This document shows, piece after piece, positions 8,953-19,812 of a stretch of DNA of 64,000 nucleotides. A program made the position numbers and the translations under genes. The DNA lies in NCBI GenBank assembly GCA_025929365.1, contig JAICMG010000003.1, forward strand, positions 507 to 64,506. The letters run 5' to 3'. The stretch comes from Frankiaceae bacterium (lineage in GTDB: Bacteria > Actinomycetota > Actinomycetes > JAFAQI01). The notes under the pieces are model-generated. The model was not told where the DNA came from. It saw nothing but the letters and a program-made list of their open reading frames with translations, and did no database searches. Position 1 is the first letter of the stretch. Each line of letters begins with the position of its first letter.

Positions 8953-11661
8953 ATGACATCAATGAGGCTGCCGGCGCGCGCTCGCGTCCTGATCGCGGCG
9001 GTCGTCACGAGTGCCGGAAGTTGCATTGCGTGGTCCGCCGTCCGATCAGGGCACGAGGGAGTCGGGTCCACCGCCGCGCTCCTCGTCCTCACGGCAATGT
9101 TGGTCTTTTGTGCCAAGTTCCCACTACTGCTCCACACCAACGACTACTCCGAGGCTGTCAGCTTCGACGAGGGTCTGCTGGCGGTCGCACTCGCCACGTT
9201 GACGACACCCGCGCTGATCCTGACCTTCGCTGCCAGCCAGTTCGCCGCGCAGATCTGGCGGCGGCGCGGTGCAGTCAAGGCGCTGTTCAACACGGGACAG
9301 TTCACGCTGTCCGCCACGGCAGCGGTCCTGCTTGCCGATGCCGTGGGTCGGCCGAACGGGACGGGCGCTGCGGCGTTGCCCCTCGTCATGCTCGCCGGGG
9401 TGCTGACCTTCATGGCCGTCAACACCGCGCTCGTGGGCGGCATGCTGGTCGCGGTCAGTGATCGGCCATTGCTCGAAGTCCTCCTGGAGGGAACCCGGCC
9501 GCGCTTCCTGCTCGTCGCCGCCGGAACCATGGCCGGCGTTCTCGGCGGGATTGCGGCCGCCAGCAACCGGTGGGCCCTGCTCCTCGTCCCAGCGGCCTTC
9601 CTCCTGCTGCGGCGGGTCCTCGCCGGCCACTTCGACGCCAAGCGCGATCGCGATCGGGTGGTCGGCCTCCTGGACGCCGCACGGACGATTCACGGCGCCA
9701 CCACCGACGGCAGGATCTACGAAACGGTCGAGGCTGCTGCCTCTCGTCTCCTGCGCGGAGAGGCGCACATCGTCGAGTCGCCCGCGCCCGGCGCCCTGGC
9801 GAGCGCGCAGCTTTCGTCGCTGGATGCGTCGCTGGTCGTGTCGAACGGCCGGTCGAGCGAGCCCTTCGACGCCGCCGATCACCACGTGCTCGTCGCCATC
9901 GCGGAGATCGCCGACGGTGCCTTCACGAACGCCGCGCTCTACGTGGAAGTGCAGCAACAGCGGCGCGAGATCGAAGCGATCCTCGCCAACCTGGCCGAGG
10001 GCGTCTGTGCCTTTGATGCCACGGCGCGGCCGACGTTCTGGAACGCCGCGGCACAACAGCTGCTCGGAACGAGCATCGAGGCATTCGACCCCACGTCGGC
10101 AAGCGGAGAGACGTTGCTGGCACCGGTTCGCCGTTGTCTGCAATCCGGGGCGACGCTCAACGCAACGATGACCCTCACTCGCCAGGACAACACGCCGCTC
10201 CCCGTCAGCTTCACCTGCGCGGCTACTCGCGAGGGCGACATCATCAACGGCGTCGTCCTCGCGTTCCGCGATGACACCGAGCGGCTTGGTTTCGAAGCGC
10301 AGCTCACACACCACGCGTTCCACGACCAGTTGACCGGGCTCGCGAACCGGCGACTCTTCATCGACCGCCTCGATCAAGCGGTCCGCCGCGCCGAGCGTCA
10401 CGGCGGCTTGACCGCGGTGCTCTTCATCGACATCGACCGGTTCAAGCTCATCAACGACAGCCTCGGACATCAGGCCGGCGATCGATTGCTGCGCGAGATC
10501 GCCGAACGGCTCACGGCCGCTGTCGGCTCCTACGACACCGTCGCCCGCATCGGTGGCGACGAGTTCACCCTGCTGCTCGATGAGATTCCCAACGCCGCGA
10601 CCGCACACGCCGTTGCCAACCGGCTCGAGCGCGCGATGGAGATACCGATCGAGGTCGCGCCCTCGCGCACTGTGGTCGCGAGCTTGTCAGTCGGGGTGGC
10701 GATCTCGCGCCCAGGCGCAACCGGCGATGACCTCCTTCACGACGCCGATCTCGCCATGTACGAGGCGAAGGCAGAGGGCCTCGGCCGGTGGAAGGAGTAC
10801 GCCGGCGGGACCGCGCACTCGCTCGCGCAGCTCGAGCTCGAGGAAGACCTTCGCCGCGCGATCGCTCGCGGCGAGATCGAGGTGTTCTTCCAGCCGATGG
10901 TGCTCGCGACGGATGGCGCGGCGGCCGACGCGGAAGCGCTCGTCCGCTGGCGCCATCCGCAGCGCGGGCTGATTCCGCCGAGTGAGTTCATCCCGGTCGC
11001 CGAGAAGACCGGACTGGTCCTTGCGCTGGGGCTGCTGGTGCTTCGTGAGGCGTGCCGGCAGTGCCGGGTATGGCAGGACGAGCTCGGCGTCGAGATCGGC
11101 GTCAGCGTGAACCTCTCCGCCCGGCAGTTCCAGGACGGCGACCTTGTCGAACATGTGCGTGCTGCGCTCGAGGAAGCCGAGCTGCCCGCCGAGCGGCTGT
11201 GTCTCGAGATCACCGAGACGCTTGCGATGCGCGAAACGGAATGGACGATCCAGGCCCTTAATCGGCTCAAGGAGATCGGCGTACGAGTGGCGATCGACGA
11301 CTTCGGGACCGGCCATTCCTCGCTGAACTACCTCAAGCGGTTCCCGATCGACGTCGTGAAGATCGACGGCAGCTTCGTCGCTGACATCACCACGAGCGTG
11401 GTGGACAACGCGATCATCACCGCCATCGTGAGGCTCGCTCAAACTCTCGACATCACCACAGTCGCGGAGTGCGTCGAGGACCGCGATCAGCTGGTGGCAC
11501 TACGGTCGCTGGGCTGCGACCTGATCCAGGGCTACCTGTTCGCGAAGCCGATGCCGAGCACCGAGCTCAACCAGTGGCTCGCGAGCGCGACGGATCCCGC
11601 GGTCATCAGGATTCCCACCCCTCGGCCGTCGCGCGTTGAGTTCGCCGCGCTCGGCGACTAG
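8953..11661 (+). CDS. Membrane-anchored sensory diguanylate cyclase/phosphodiesterase (N-terminal ~6-TM domain, PAS/GAF, GGDEF, EAL)
   Basis: GGDEF motif ([10 protein letters not shown]), EAL motif (EALVRWRHP) and the EAL-domain DDFGTG signature. The N-terminal 200 aa are hydrophobic. Confidence 0.9.
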   Translation: MTSMRLPARARVLIAAVVTSAGSCIAWSAVRSGHEGVGSTAALLVLTAMLVFCAKFPLLLHTNDYSEAVSFDEGLLAVALATLTTPALILTFAASQFAAQIWRRRGAVKALFNTGQFTLSATAAVLLADAVGRPNGTGAAALPLVMLAGVLTFMAVNTALVGGMLVAVSDRPLLEVLLEGTRPRFLLVAAGTMAGVLGGIAAASNRWALLLVPAAFLLLRRVLAGHFDAKRDRDRVVGLLDAARTIHGATTDGRIYETVEAAASRLLRGEAHIVESPAPGALASAQLSSLDASLVVSNGRSSEPFDAADHHVLVAIAEIADGAFTNAALYVEVQQQRREIEAILANLAEGVCAFDATARPTFWNAAAQQLLGTSIEAFDPTSASGETLLAPVRRCLQSGATLNATMTLTRQDNTPLPVSFTCAATREGDIINGVVLAFRDDTERLGFEAQLTHHAFHDQLTGLANRRLFIDRLDQAVRRAERHGGLTAVLFIDIDRFKLINDSLGHQAGDRLLREIAERLTAAVGSYDTVARIGGDEFTLLLDEIPNAATAHAVANRLERAMEIPIEVAPSRTVVASLSVGVAISRPGATGDDLLHDADLAMYEAKAEGLGRWKEYAGGTAHSLAQLELEEDLRRAIARGEIEVFFQPMVLATDGAAADAEALVRWRHPQRGLIPPSEFIPVAEKTGLVLALGLLVLREACRQCRVWQDELGVEIGVSVNLSARQFQDGDLVEHVRAALEEAELPAERLCLEITETLAMRETEWTIQALNRLKEIGVRVAIDDFGTGHSSLNYLKRFPIDVVKIDGSFVADITTSVVDNAIITAIVRLAQTLDITTVAECVEDRDQLVALRSLGCDLIQGYLFAKPMPSTELNQWLASATDPAVIRIPTPRPSRVEFAALGD

Positions 11662-12797
11662 CGGCGGGCGGGGGTTTTGCAGCCGCAGGCGTCGGTCTCG
11701 ATCCGCACCGGCAGCGGCAGGTCGTCGGCGCGGAAGATGCCGCTCGCGGGTGACGCGTGCGACAGCGCGTCGGCGGCGAGCACGACGGCCGCAGCCGTCC
11801 AGGTCGACTGCTCCGCGGGCCAGTAGACCTGCGCCTTGAACTGCCACCCGGTCCAGTACGAGCCGTCGTCGGCACGCATGTGCTGGATGTCGGCGTAGAG
11901 CTGCAGCGCCTCGTCCCGCATGTCGACAGTGTCGAGCGCCATCACGCACTCCGCCGACTCCGCACCCGTCACCCAGGGCTCGTCATCGACGCAGCGGATG
12001 CCGAGCCCTGGCACGACGTACCGGTCCCAGCGGCTCCTGAAGCGCTCGATCGCGGCCTGTCCGCGAAGCGCGCCGCCGAGCACCGGGTAGTACCAGTCCA
12101 TCGAGAAGCGATCCTTCTCGGCGAACACCTCGGGGTGCTCGGCGATGAGGTGCGCAAGCTGGCCGGCCGCGATCTCCCACTCCGGCTGCGGCTCGTCGAA
12201 GTACTCGGCCAGCGCCAGGCCGCACCGCAGTGAGTGGTACGTCGATGATGAGCCGGTCAGCAGCGGACCGCCCTCGCGTTCCTCGCCCTCCGGCGTCACC
12301 GACCAGGCGATCTCGCCGCGCTCGGTGGCGTACGACGTCACCAGATCAAGGCCGAGCTTGACGTGCGGCCACATCCGCTCGAGCTCTTCCTCGTCACCGG
12401 TGACGAGGAAGTGATGCCACGCCCCGACCGCGATGTAGGCGCACTGGTTGGTCTCGAAGGTGGCGTCCTCGACGATGCCGCCGGTGATCTTCGACGCCCA
12501 CGACCCATCCGGGCGCTGCATCCGGCGCAGGTAGTCGTACGCCGCCGCCACAGGCTCGGTAAGGCCGGCAAGCGTCATGGCCATCGCGCCCTCGATGTGG
12601 TCCCACGGGTCGCAGTGACCGCCCGTGAACCACGGGATCGCGCCGTCAGGTTCCTGCGCTCGCGCAATCGACTCGGCGGTCGCGCGAACCTGTTGCGCGG
12701 AGATGATGCCCTCGACCGCGGGGATCGTCAGCGCGCTACGCCGCCGCACTGTTGCCTCCTGCCCCGCCGGTGCCTGCGAGCGCGGGTTTGTCGGCAT
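11658..12797 (-). CDS. Prenyltransferase/squalene-cyclase-repeat (alpha-alpha toroid) protein
   Basis: Repeated ...DGSW/DGSYW...QCAY... prenyltransferase-like repeats. It is the last gene of the GT4-MTase-PT cassette. The start is uncertain (12797, or the GTG near 12716). Confidence 0.6.
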   Translation of the reverse strand: MPTNPRSQAPAGQEATVRRRSALTIPAVEGIISAQQVRATAESIARAQEPDGAIPWFTGGHCDPWDHIEGAMAMTLAGLTEPVAAAYDYLRRMQRPDGSWASKITGGIVEDATFETNQCAYIAVGAWHHFLVTGDEEELERMWPHVKLGLDLVTSYATERGEIAWSVTPEGEEREGGPLLTGSSSTYHSLRCGLALAEYFDEPQPEWEIAAGQLAHLIAEHPEVFAEKDRFSMDWYYPVLGGALRGQAAIERFRSRWDRYVVPGLGIRCVDDEPWVTGAESAECVMALDTVDMRDEALQLYADIQHMRADDGSYWTGWQFKAQVYWPAEQSTWTAAAVVLAADALSHASPASGIFRADDLPLPVRIETDACGCKTPARR

Positions 12798-13482
12798 AAA
12801 CGACGAGGCTCTTCCCCATCACCGGATTAAGCAGCTTCTCCGCGGTGCGAGTGATCCACGGCGCGGACATGATGTCCCAGACGAGCATCTTGTTGTAGAT
12901 CCGCGACGGCAGGCTCTCGCGGCCGAAGGTGCAGTTGAGCCACCAGTACGGCGAGTGCAGCGCATGCGCGTGGTGCTGCGCGCGGGGCACCACGCCCGCC
13001 TCGGTCAGGCGCGCCTTCAGCTGGTCGCCTCGGTAGATCCGGATGTGACCGCCCGGCACGTCCTGGTACTCGCGTGGCAGTGCCCAGTTGATCTGCTCCG
13101 GCCACCACCGCGGCACGGTCACCGCGAGGCGGCCGCCGGGCTTGAGGATGCGGGAGATCTCGGCAATCGCCCGATCGTCCTCCGGGATGTGCTCGAGCAC
13201 CTCGGCCACGATCACCGCATCGAACGACGCGTCGGGAAACGGCAACGACACGATGTCGCCACGCACGACCTTGGCGGACGCCTTCTCGGGCGCCTCGCCG
13301 CTCGTGCTCATGGCGTAGAACATCGTCGCCACCTGACGCAGCTCGTCGAGGCTGTAGTCACAGGCGACGACCTCGGCGCCGCGCCGGTAGAGCTCGAACG
13401 CGTGACGCCCACCGCCGCACCCGAGATCGAGCACCCGCTCGCCCGGCGCGATCGGGAACTGCTCGAAGTCGACGGTCAGCAC
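12736..13482 (-). CDS. Class I SAM-dependent methyltransferase
   Basis: VLDLGCGGGRHAFEL motif I. Tightly coupled to the upstream GT4 gene (stop at 13483, start at 13482). Confidence 0.8.
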   Translation of the reverse strand: MLTVDFEQFPIAPGERVLDLGCGGGRHAFELYRRGAEVVACDYSLDELRQVATMFYAMSTSGEAPEKASAKVVRGDIVSLPFPDASFDAVIVAEVLEHIPEDDRAIAEISRILKPGGRLAVTVPRWWPEQINWALPREYQDVPGGHIRIYRGDQLKARLTEAGVVPRAQHHAHALHSPYWWLNCTFGRESLPSRIYNKMLVWDIMSAPWITRTAEKLLNPVMGKSLVVYADKPALAGTGGAGGNSAAA

Positions 13483-14778
13483 TTACTTGCCCGCCGACTC
13501 CGCCGCCCGACGTGCAATGGCTTCGCGGTACACCTCGACCATCGACTCGGCCACGCGACGCCAGGTGTAGGAGGTTTCGATCCGCTTGCGGCCCGCCGTA
13601 CCGATGGCCTTGCGACGAGCGTCGTCGTCGAACAGCGCGTCGAGCGCATCGGCGAGCTCGGCGGGGTCGCCCGGCTCGACGAGGACGGCGGTCTTCCCGT
13701 CATGCCCGACCACCTCGGGCAGCGCGCCACCGCGGGTGGCGATCAGCGGCGTGGCGCAGGCCATCGCCTCGACCGCCGGGATCGAGAAGCCCTCGTAGAG
13801 CGACGGCACCACGGCCACCTCGGCGGAGCCGAGCAGCTCGGCGATCGCGTCGTTCGACAGGCCCGACACGAACCGGACGTCCGCCGAGAGGTCGAGGTCC
13901 CGCACCGCGCGTGCGACCGGGCCGTCGGGGTTCGGCTTGCCGACGACGACGAGCTCGACATCGTGGCCGGTGCGCACCTTGGCGACCGCCTCGAGCAGCA
14001 CCTTCACGCCCTTGATCGGGGAGTCGGAGCTGGAGACCGCGACGATCCGGCCGGGCACCCGTGGTGCCTTCGGGGGACGGAAGGTGTCGGTGTCGACACC
14101 GATCGGGACCACCCGCATGACCGACGGGTCCACACCGAAGTCGCGGGCGATGTCCTGGCCGGAGTTGGTCGAGACCGTGACGATCGACGCGAGCCGGCTG
14201 GCCACCTTGCCCTGCATCTTCGTGAAGCCGTACCAGCGGCGCTTGCCGAGCTTTTCGCGGATGCCCTGCGCGTTGGCGATCTCGACGACCCGGTCGACGC
14301 TCACCGGGTGGTGGATGGTGGCGATCAGCGGAAGGATCTTGGCGACCTTGAGCATTCCGTAGCCGAGCGTCTGGTTGTCGTGGACGACATCGAAGTCGCC
14401 GGCCCTGGCCTTCAGCAAGCGGGCCGCTCGCAGCGAGAACGTCAGGGGCTCAGGGAACCCCCCGGTTCCCATGTGCAGGAACTCCAGGACGTCGATCCAG
14501 TCGCGGAACTCGCGCGGCCTGGGCACGCGGAACGGGTCGGGCTCACGGTAGAGATCGAGACTGGCCAGCTTGGTGAGCGATGGCCCGGGGTCCAGCTCCG
14601 GGTACGGCTGGCCACTGATGACCTCGACCTGGTGGCCGAGATCGACCAGCTCACGGGACACATGGCGGACGTAGACGCCTTGGCCACCGCAGTGCGGCTT
14701 GCTCCGATAGGACAGCAGGGCGATCCGCAGCGAGTCAGGACCGTTGGGGAAGTCGTCCACGCGGCAGCCGCACCTCAA
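13483..14778 (-). CDS. Glycosyltransferase family 4 (GT-B, retaining)
   Basis: N-terminal RIALLSY...GGQGVYVRHVSRELVDLGH motif and a C-terminal EGFSIPAVEAMACATPLIAT GT1/GT4 motif. Confidence 0.8.
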   Translation of the reverse strand: MRCGCRVDDFPNGPDSLRIALLSYRSKPHCGGQGVYVRHVSRELVDLGHQVEVISGQPYPELDPGPSLTKLASLDLYREPDPFRVPRPREFRDWIDVLEFLHMGTGGFPEPLTFSLRAARLLKARAGDFDVVHDNQTLGYGMLKVAKILPLIATIHHPVSVDRVVEIANAQGIREKLGKRRWYGFTKMQGKVASRLASIVTVSTNSGQDIARDFGVDPSVMRVVPIGVDTDTFRPPKAPRVPGRIVAVSSSDSPIKGVKVLLEAVAKVRTGHDVELVVVGKPNPDGPVARAVRDLDLSADVRFVSGLSNDAIAELLGSAEVAVVPSLYEGFSIPAVEAMACATPLIATRGGALPEVVGHDGKTAVLVEPGDPAELADALDALFDDDARRKAIGTAGRKRIETSYTWRRVAESMVEVYREAIARRAAESAGK

Positions 14779-14927
14779 TCACGCTGGCGCGACCGAGATG
14801 CGCGCACGGACCTTTGATCCTATCGAGCGGGATTCCGAACGTCGTTCGGCGGGCCCCCGAATCGGTCAAACCGCCCACACGTGCTGGTTACGGCACACTG
14901 TCCCGAGCCGCCAACCCGGAGGTCCGT

Positions 14928-16064
14928 ATGCCGCTGAGCCGACGTGAGCTCATGCGGGGCGCCGCCCTGCTCGGCTCCCTTTCGTCAGTGGCCGGAACGT
15001 TCGGAGCGGGCGCCGCGAGAGCCGACACCCCTGTCGGCTCGAGCCCGGCGCTCACCTCCGCCGACTACTTCGACCTCTCGACGGTCACGACGACGTCGTT
15101 TCAGACGAGCGGTCCACAAATCGGGCTGCGGACGTCCCAGACGCACTTTCAAGTGCAGGGGCTCGCCATCAACAGCGCCACGAACCAGTTCTTCATCGCC
15201 CAGGCGCCCGACCCCGTCCGGCCCAAGCTGCGCATGACGATGAACGGAACCAGCTGGACGGCCGACGGGTACAACCAGCACGCCTCCGGTGACCTCGTGA
15301 TCTCCCGCTTCGACCTGGCCACCTACCGGCTGCGCGACTCGATGTATTTCATGGGCGCGGGCCACGGCGGGCAGATCGGGATCGAGCCCTCGAGCCCGCT
15401 CGCGTACCTGTGGGCAGAGGTCTATCCGGGCAATCCCAAGCAGACCTCGGGCACGACCAGCTCACAGGTGTGGGGCACCCACCTGGCCCGGCTGCCCTAC
15501 GCAGCCGGTCGGTTGATGACCAACACCCAGGTCGTGCCGCACCGGTACTCCTCGACGCCGTACATCGTCGAGAGGTACGGCCCGGTTGCCGGCGCTCATC
15601 AGTTCAACGCCGCGATCGACACCTCCTCGGCGTACGGCGAGTCCGCCACCGGCGTCCTCGTCGTCCGGTACCGGCTCGGCGGCGACCCGTCGGGATCGCC
15701 GCGTCGGTTCACCGCCTTCGACCTCGACGCCGCGAGCAGGGGTGACTTCTCGGCACCGCTTGCGACGACCACCGAGCCGATCGAGATCATGGAAGGCGGT
15801 GGACACTCCGAGGGCTACGCGACGTGTGGGCAGTACATCTATCTGGTCGCGACGGACGGCAGCGGCAATCCCTGGCTCTACCAGGTCGATTTCAACGGCG
15901 TTCCGGGGACGTACATGACGAAGGTCGCTCTCCCCGGCAGCGGTGAGCCGGAAAGCGTCGCGCTGCTCGCTCCGAACCGCAGCCCCGCACGCCTCTACTA
16001 CCTCACCGCCGGAGTCCACCATCCGCGCACCTTTGACCTCTTCTTCCTGGGCACCACTGCATGA
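14928..16064 (+). CDS. Tat-secreted hypothetical protein
   Basis: RBS ggagg, then ATG at 14928. Twin-arginine signal MPLSRRELMRGAALLGSLSSVAGTFGAGAARA. No recognisable catalytic motif. Confidence 0.6.
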   Translation: MPLSRRELMRGAALLGSLSSVAGTFGAGAARADTPVGSSPALTSADYFDLSTVTTTSFQTSGPQIGLRTSQTHFQVQGLAINSATNQFFIAQAPDPVRPKLRMTMNGTSWTADGYNQHASGDLVISRFDLATYRLRDSMYFMGAGHGGQIGIEPSSPLAYLWAEVYPGNPKQTSGTTSSQVWGTHLARLPYAAGRLMTNTQVVPHRYSSTPYIVERYGPVAGAHQFNAAIDTSSAYGESATGVLVVRYRLGGDPSGSPRRFTAFDLDAASRGDFSAPLATTTEPIEIMEGGGHSEGYATCGQYIYLVATDGSGNPWLYQVDFNGVPGTYMTKVALPGSGEPESVALLAPNRSPARLYYLTAGVHHPRTFDLFFLGTTA

Positions 16065-16924
16065 GCACTGACCATGCCGCCCCTCCCGGGGCCGCCGAAG
16101 TCGCGCGCTTCGTCGGCCTGCTCCAGATCGAGTCGCTCGGCAAGGACACCTTCCGCGCCTGGAACCCGCCGCATCCGAAGGACCACATCCAGCAGTCGCT
16201 GTTCGGCGGTCAGGTCGCGGCGCACGCGCTGCGGGCGGCTCAGCTCACCCTCGACAACGATGATCACCGCGTCCACTCACTCCACGGCTACTTCCTGCGA
16301 CCCGGCAAGGACGATGCGCCCACTGACCTGCGGGTGGACCGCATCCGCGACGGCAAGTCGTTCACCACGCGGTCGGTCGTCGCGTTCCAGGGTGACGAGG
16401 CGATCTTCAACCTGACCGCGTCGTTCCACCGCGACGAACCGGGCGGAGACTTCGCGACGGCGATCGCCCACGACGTGCCGCGGCCGGAAGAGTTGCTCGT
16501 CGACCAGTCGCCCCGGTTCGACCGGATGGGCGTGGACTCCCCCTTCGAGCGGCTCGACGTCCCCGGGTTCTCCTTCCGCGATCGCAGCGAAGTACCGAGG
16601 CGAGCGATGTGGATCCGGCTGCGCGCCCCGCTGCCGGATGATCCGGCGCTCCACGCCTGCGCGATCACCTTCATCTCCGACATGGGAGTGCTGGGCGCGG
16701 TGCGGGCGACGCGCGGACGGATGCGAGCGCCGGCAATGGCCGCGAGCCTCGACCACGCGGTGTGGTTCCACCGGCCGGTGCGAGCCGACGAGTGGCTGCT
16801 CTACGACATCGCCGCGAAGTCGACCTCCGGCGCCCGCGGACTCGGCATCGGGACGATGCACACGATCGACGGCACGCACGTCTTGACCGTCGGCCAGGAG
16901 GGCCTGGTCCGCCTCGCGGACTAG
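16061..16924 (+). CDS. tesB: Acyl-CoA thioesterase II (TesB-like, double hotdog)
   Basis: TesB-family sequence (…FGGQVAAHALRAA…, …GLGIGTMHTIDGTHVLTVGQEGLVR…). Confidence 0.75.
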   Translation: MSTDHAAPPGAAEVARFVGLLQIESLGKDTFRAWNPPHPKDHIQQSLFGGQVAAHALRAAQLTLDNDDHRVHSLHGYFLRPGKDDAPTDLRVDRIRDGKSFTTRSVVAFQGDEAIFNLTASFHRDEPGGDFATAIAHDVPRPEELLVDQSPRFDRMGVDSPFERLDVPGFSFRDRSEVPRRAMWIRLRAPLPDDPALHACAITFISDMGVLGAVRATRGRMRAPAMAASLDHAVWFHRPVRADEWLLYDIAAKSTSGARGLGIGTMHTIDGTHVLTVGQEGLVRLAD

Positions 16925-18252
16925 GCCGCCCGCGGTCGTCGAGGCCGGAGCGCCGCCGCGAGCAGCACCGCGATCGCGCCCCCGGCAACGATAACCGCCG
17001 TCACCGAGGTCGCGTCGGCAATCTGGCCGGCGACGAGCAAGCCGACCGGGACCGTGCCACCGAAACCCATCATGTAGAGCGCCATGACCCGTCCGCGCAC
17101 GGCGTCGTCGAGATGCTCCTGCAGCCGGGTCGACAGCGACGTGACGGCACCGAAGTAGAACAGCCCGACGACGAACACGACCGGGTACGCCTGGTTCACG
17201 TCGCGCAACAGGCCGAATCCGGCAAGCGCCAGTCCGAACAGCGCGAGGGAGACCGCGATCACCGGCTCCCGCGGCCGACCCGCGAGTACTGAGCCGACCG
17301 CGATCGCACCGCAGGCGGCGCCGAGACCGAAGCTCGCGTACATCAGGCCGTACTGAAGACCGTTGACGTCCAGGTGCAGGTTCTCGCCACCGATCGCCGG
17401 CATCAGGCCGATGAAGGGGAGGCAGAAGAACGAGATCGCGGCGATCGTCAGCAGGACGGTCCGGATGAGCGGGTCCTCGCGTGCGACGACCACACCGCCG
17501 AGCAGCCGGCGAATCCCGCGGTCGGTGTAGGTCTCGGGTTGCCGAACCGGTCGGATGGCGAGTGCCCCGGCGACCGCGAAGAGGTAGGTGCCGGCATTGA
17601 TGGCGAAGACGCCGCTCGCGTGGATCACCGGCAGCAGGACGCCCGTGATGGCGGGGCCGATCACGCGCGACAGGTTCATCTGCACCGACTGCAGCGAGAC
17701 GGCACCCGGCAGGTCCACCCGCGGCACGAGGTTGGGGAGCAGGCTCGACAGCGGCGGCCCGGTCAAGGCGTTCCCGATGCCGATCGCGACGACGACCGCG
17801 AAGAGCATGACGCGCGACGGATGCTGCGCCGTTGCGACGACGGCGAGCACCGCGGAGAACACGAGCTGCTCGAGGTTGGTGATGACGAGCAGGTTGCGTC
17901 GGTCGACGACGTCGGCGAGCAGACCACCGACCGGAGCCAGCAGCAGCACCGGACCGAGCTGCGCGAACCCGACGTACGCCACGAAGCTCGCCGAGTGGGA
18001 GAGGCGATAGGCGAAGGCACCGAGTGCGACGTTCTGCATCCAGGTGCCGATGTTGGAGGCGAACGTCGCGAACCAGAGTCGCCGCAGGTCGCGGGACTGC
18101 AGCGCTGAGCGCGCGGTGCCGGGCCTGACCCGAAGATCGCCTGCGGCGATCGCGACGTCGCCTTCGAGGATCGCTTCTTCGGCAACTGCGACCGCCGCGG
18201 CTTCGTTGCTGTCAGCCGGCCCCTTGCGCGATCCCCGTGCCCCCTGGCCCAC
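16921..18252 (-). CDS. MFS transporter
   Basis: 12-TM hydrophobic profile with MFS-like motifs. The start is uncertain. Confidence 0.65.
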   Translation of the reverse strand: MGQGARGSRKGPADSNEAAAVAVAEEAILEGDVAIAAGDLRVRPGTARSALQSRDLRRLWFATFASNIGTWMQNVALGAFAYRLSHSASFVAYVGFAQLGPVLLLAPVGGLLADVVDRRNLLVITNLEQLVFSAVLAVVATAQHPSRVMLFAVVVAIGIGNALTGPPLSSLLPNLVPRVDLPGAVSLQSVQMNLSRVIGPAITGVLLPVIHASGVFAINAGTYLFAVAGALAIRPVRQPETYTDRGIRRLLGGVVVAREDPLIRTVLLTIAAISFFCLPFIGLMPAIGGENLHLDVNGLQYGLMYASFGLGAACGAIAVGSVLAGRPREPVIAVSLALFGLALAGFGLLRDVNQAYPVVFVVGLFYFGAVTSLSTRLQEHLDDAVRGRVMALYMMGFGGTVPVGLLVAGQIADATSVTAVIVAGGAIAVLLAAALRPRRPRAA

Positions 18253-18263
18253 GTCCGCGGTGA

Positions 18264-19559
18264 TTACTTGACGCGCAGCGGTAACGTGCGCGGGCCGCGG
18301 ACCTGCCCGGTCGACCAGCGGACGGCGTCGGGATCAGCGAGTGAGAAGTGCGGGAACCGCTCGAGCCACACCTCGAGCGCGACCCGAAGCTCCATACGGG
18401 CGAGGTGCGACCCGACGCAGCGGTGGATGCCGAGACCGAACGCCGCGTGCTTGTTGACCGCGCGGTCGATCACGACCTCGTCGGCGCGATCGAACTTCGC
18501 CGGATCGCGGTTGGCCGCCGGGAAGGACAGCAGGATCCAGTCCTCCGCCTTCATGTCGACCCCATGCCACTGCATGTCCTGGGTGACCAGGCGCCCCATC
18601 GTCACCGGGGCGTATGCGCGCAGGAACTCCTCCATCGCGGTGGGCAGCAGCTCCGGCTCCGCGACAAGCCGCTCGAGGTCCGACGGCGTCTTGGCGAGGT
18701 GCCACAGCGAGGCACCGATCGCGCTCCACGTGGTGTCGATGCCGGCGACCAGCATCAACGACATGGTGCCCGCCACGTGGAACGGGTCGAGCTTCTGGCC
18801 GTAGATCTCGGCCTCGAGCAGGTACGTCGTGAGGTCGTTGGCCGGCTCGGCGAGGTGGGCGCGGATCTGCACCAGCAGATAGTCGAAGAGCTTGCCGACC
18901 TTCTCGAGCCGTTCCTCGGGCGGAAGATTGATCCCCTCGAGGGTGTCCTCGACGTACTGCCGGAACTTCGGCCCGTCCTCCGCCGGGAAGCCGAGCATCT
19001 CGGCGATGACTCGCATGGGGATGTGCTGGGCGTAGTCGGTCGCGGCGTCGACGACAGCCGCGTCGCCCATCTCGTCGATGAGCCTGTGGCAGAACGCGCG
19101 GGTTGCTGGCTCAAGCTTTCCGACGGCGGTGCGCGTGAAGGCCGGCAGCAGCAGCTTGCGTGCATCGTGATGGAACGGCGGGTCGGACGAGATCGGTGGG
19201 ACGCCGCCGACCGGTGCGAGGTCCAGGGGTGGGCGGAAGTTCCCGACGACGGGCGAGCGGGAAGAGAAGCGCTGGGTGTCATAGGCGATCTCGGCCACGT
19301 CGTCGTGGCGGACCGGAAGCCAGGCCCCACCGAACCGCTCGGTGTGAGCGATCGGGCAACGCTCGCGGAGGTCGTCCTGGATTCGGTAGCAGTCGTCGGC
19401 CCACTCCTCTTCCATGTGAGAGAAGTCGGTCGCCCAGTCGGCAACCGGCCCAGTGACTGGCTCGACGCGGCTGCCGTATGGCCGCGCGCTACGGAGCTCG
19501 TCGAAGGACTGAGTGAACCGTTCGTCAGTGGTCTCGCTCACGTCCTCCACCCCGCCCAC
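18264..19559 (-). CDS. Cytochrome P450
   Basis: Heme-binding loop FGLGIHRCVGSHLARMEL. An ExxR motif is present. Confidence 0.9.
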   Translation of the reverse strand: MGGVEDVSETTDERFTQSFDELRSARPYGSRVEPVTGPVADWATDFSHMEEEWADDCYRIQDDLRERCPIAHTERFGGAWLPVRHDDVAEIAYDTQRFSSRSPVVGNFRPPLDLAPVGGVPPISSDPPFHHDARKLLLPAFTRTAVGKLEPATRAFCHRLIDEMGDAAVVDAATDYAQHIPMRVIAEMLGFPAEDGPKFRQYVEDTLEGINLPPEERLEKVGKLFDYLLVQIRAHLAEPANDLTTYLLEAEIYGQKLDPFHVAGTMSLMLVAGIDTTWSAIGASLWHLAKTPSDLERLVAEPELLPTAMEEFLRAYAPVTMGRLVTQDMQWHGVDMKAEDWILLSFPAANRDPAKFDRADEVVIDRAVNKHAAFGLGIHRCVGSHLARMELRVALEVWLERFPHFSLADPDAVRWSTGQVRGPRTLPLRVK

Positions 19560-19590
19560 CGCCCATGACGGGTGCCGGCTTCGCCGGCGC

Positions 19591-19782
19591 TCATTCGACG
19601 ATCACCGCGCTCTCGGGGCAGTTCGCCTCCGCGAGATGCGCCGCTTGTGCCTGATCGTCGGCGACGCCGCCGTCGCCGATGACCTGTCCGTTGCCCTCGT
19701 CGTCCTCGCCGAAGAGGGCCGGCGCCAAGGTGTAGCACCGGCCGTGCCCCTGGCACTTGTCCTGATCGATCCGAACCCGCAT
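19591..19782 (-). CDS. Ferredoxin (3Fe-4S/4Fe-4S, P450 redox partner)
   Basis: 63 aa, CQGHGRC...C pattern. Immediately upstream of the P450 gene. Confidence 0.8.
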   Translation of the reverse strand: MRVRIDQDKCQGHGRCYTLAPALFGEDDEGNGQVIGDGGVADDQAQAAHLAEANCPESAVIVE

Positions 19783-19812
19783 CGCCTACCTGCTCCCGTC
19801 GCCGTCACTCGA

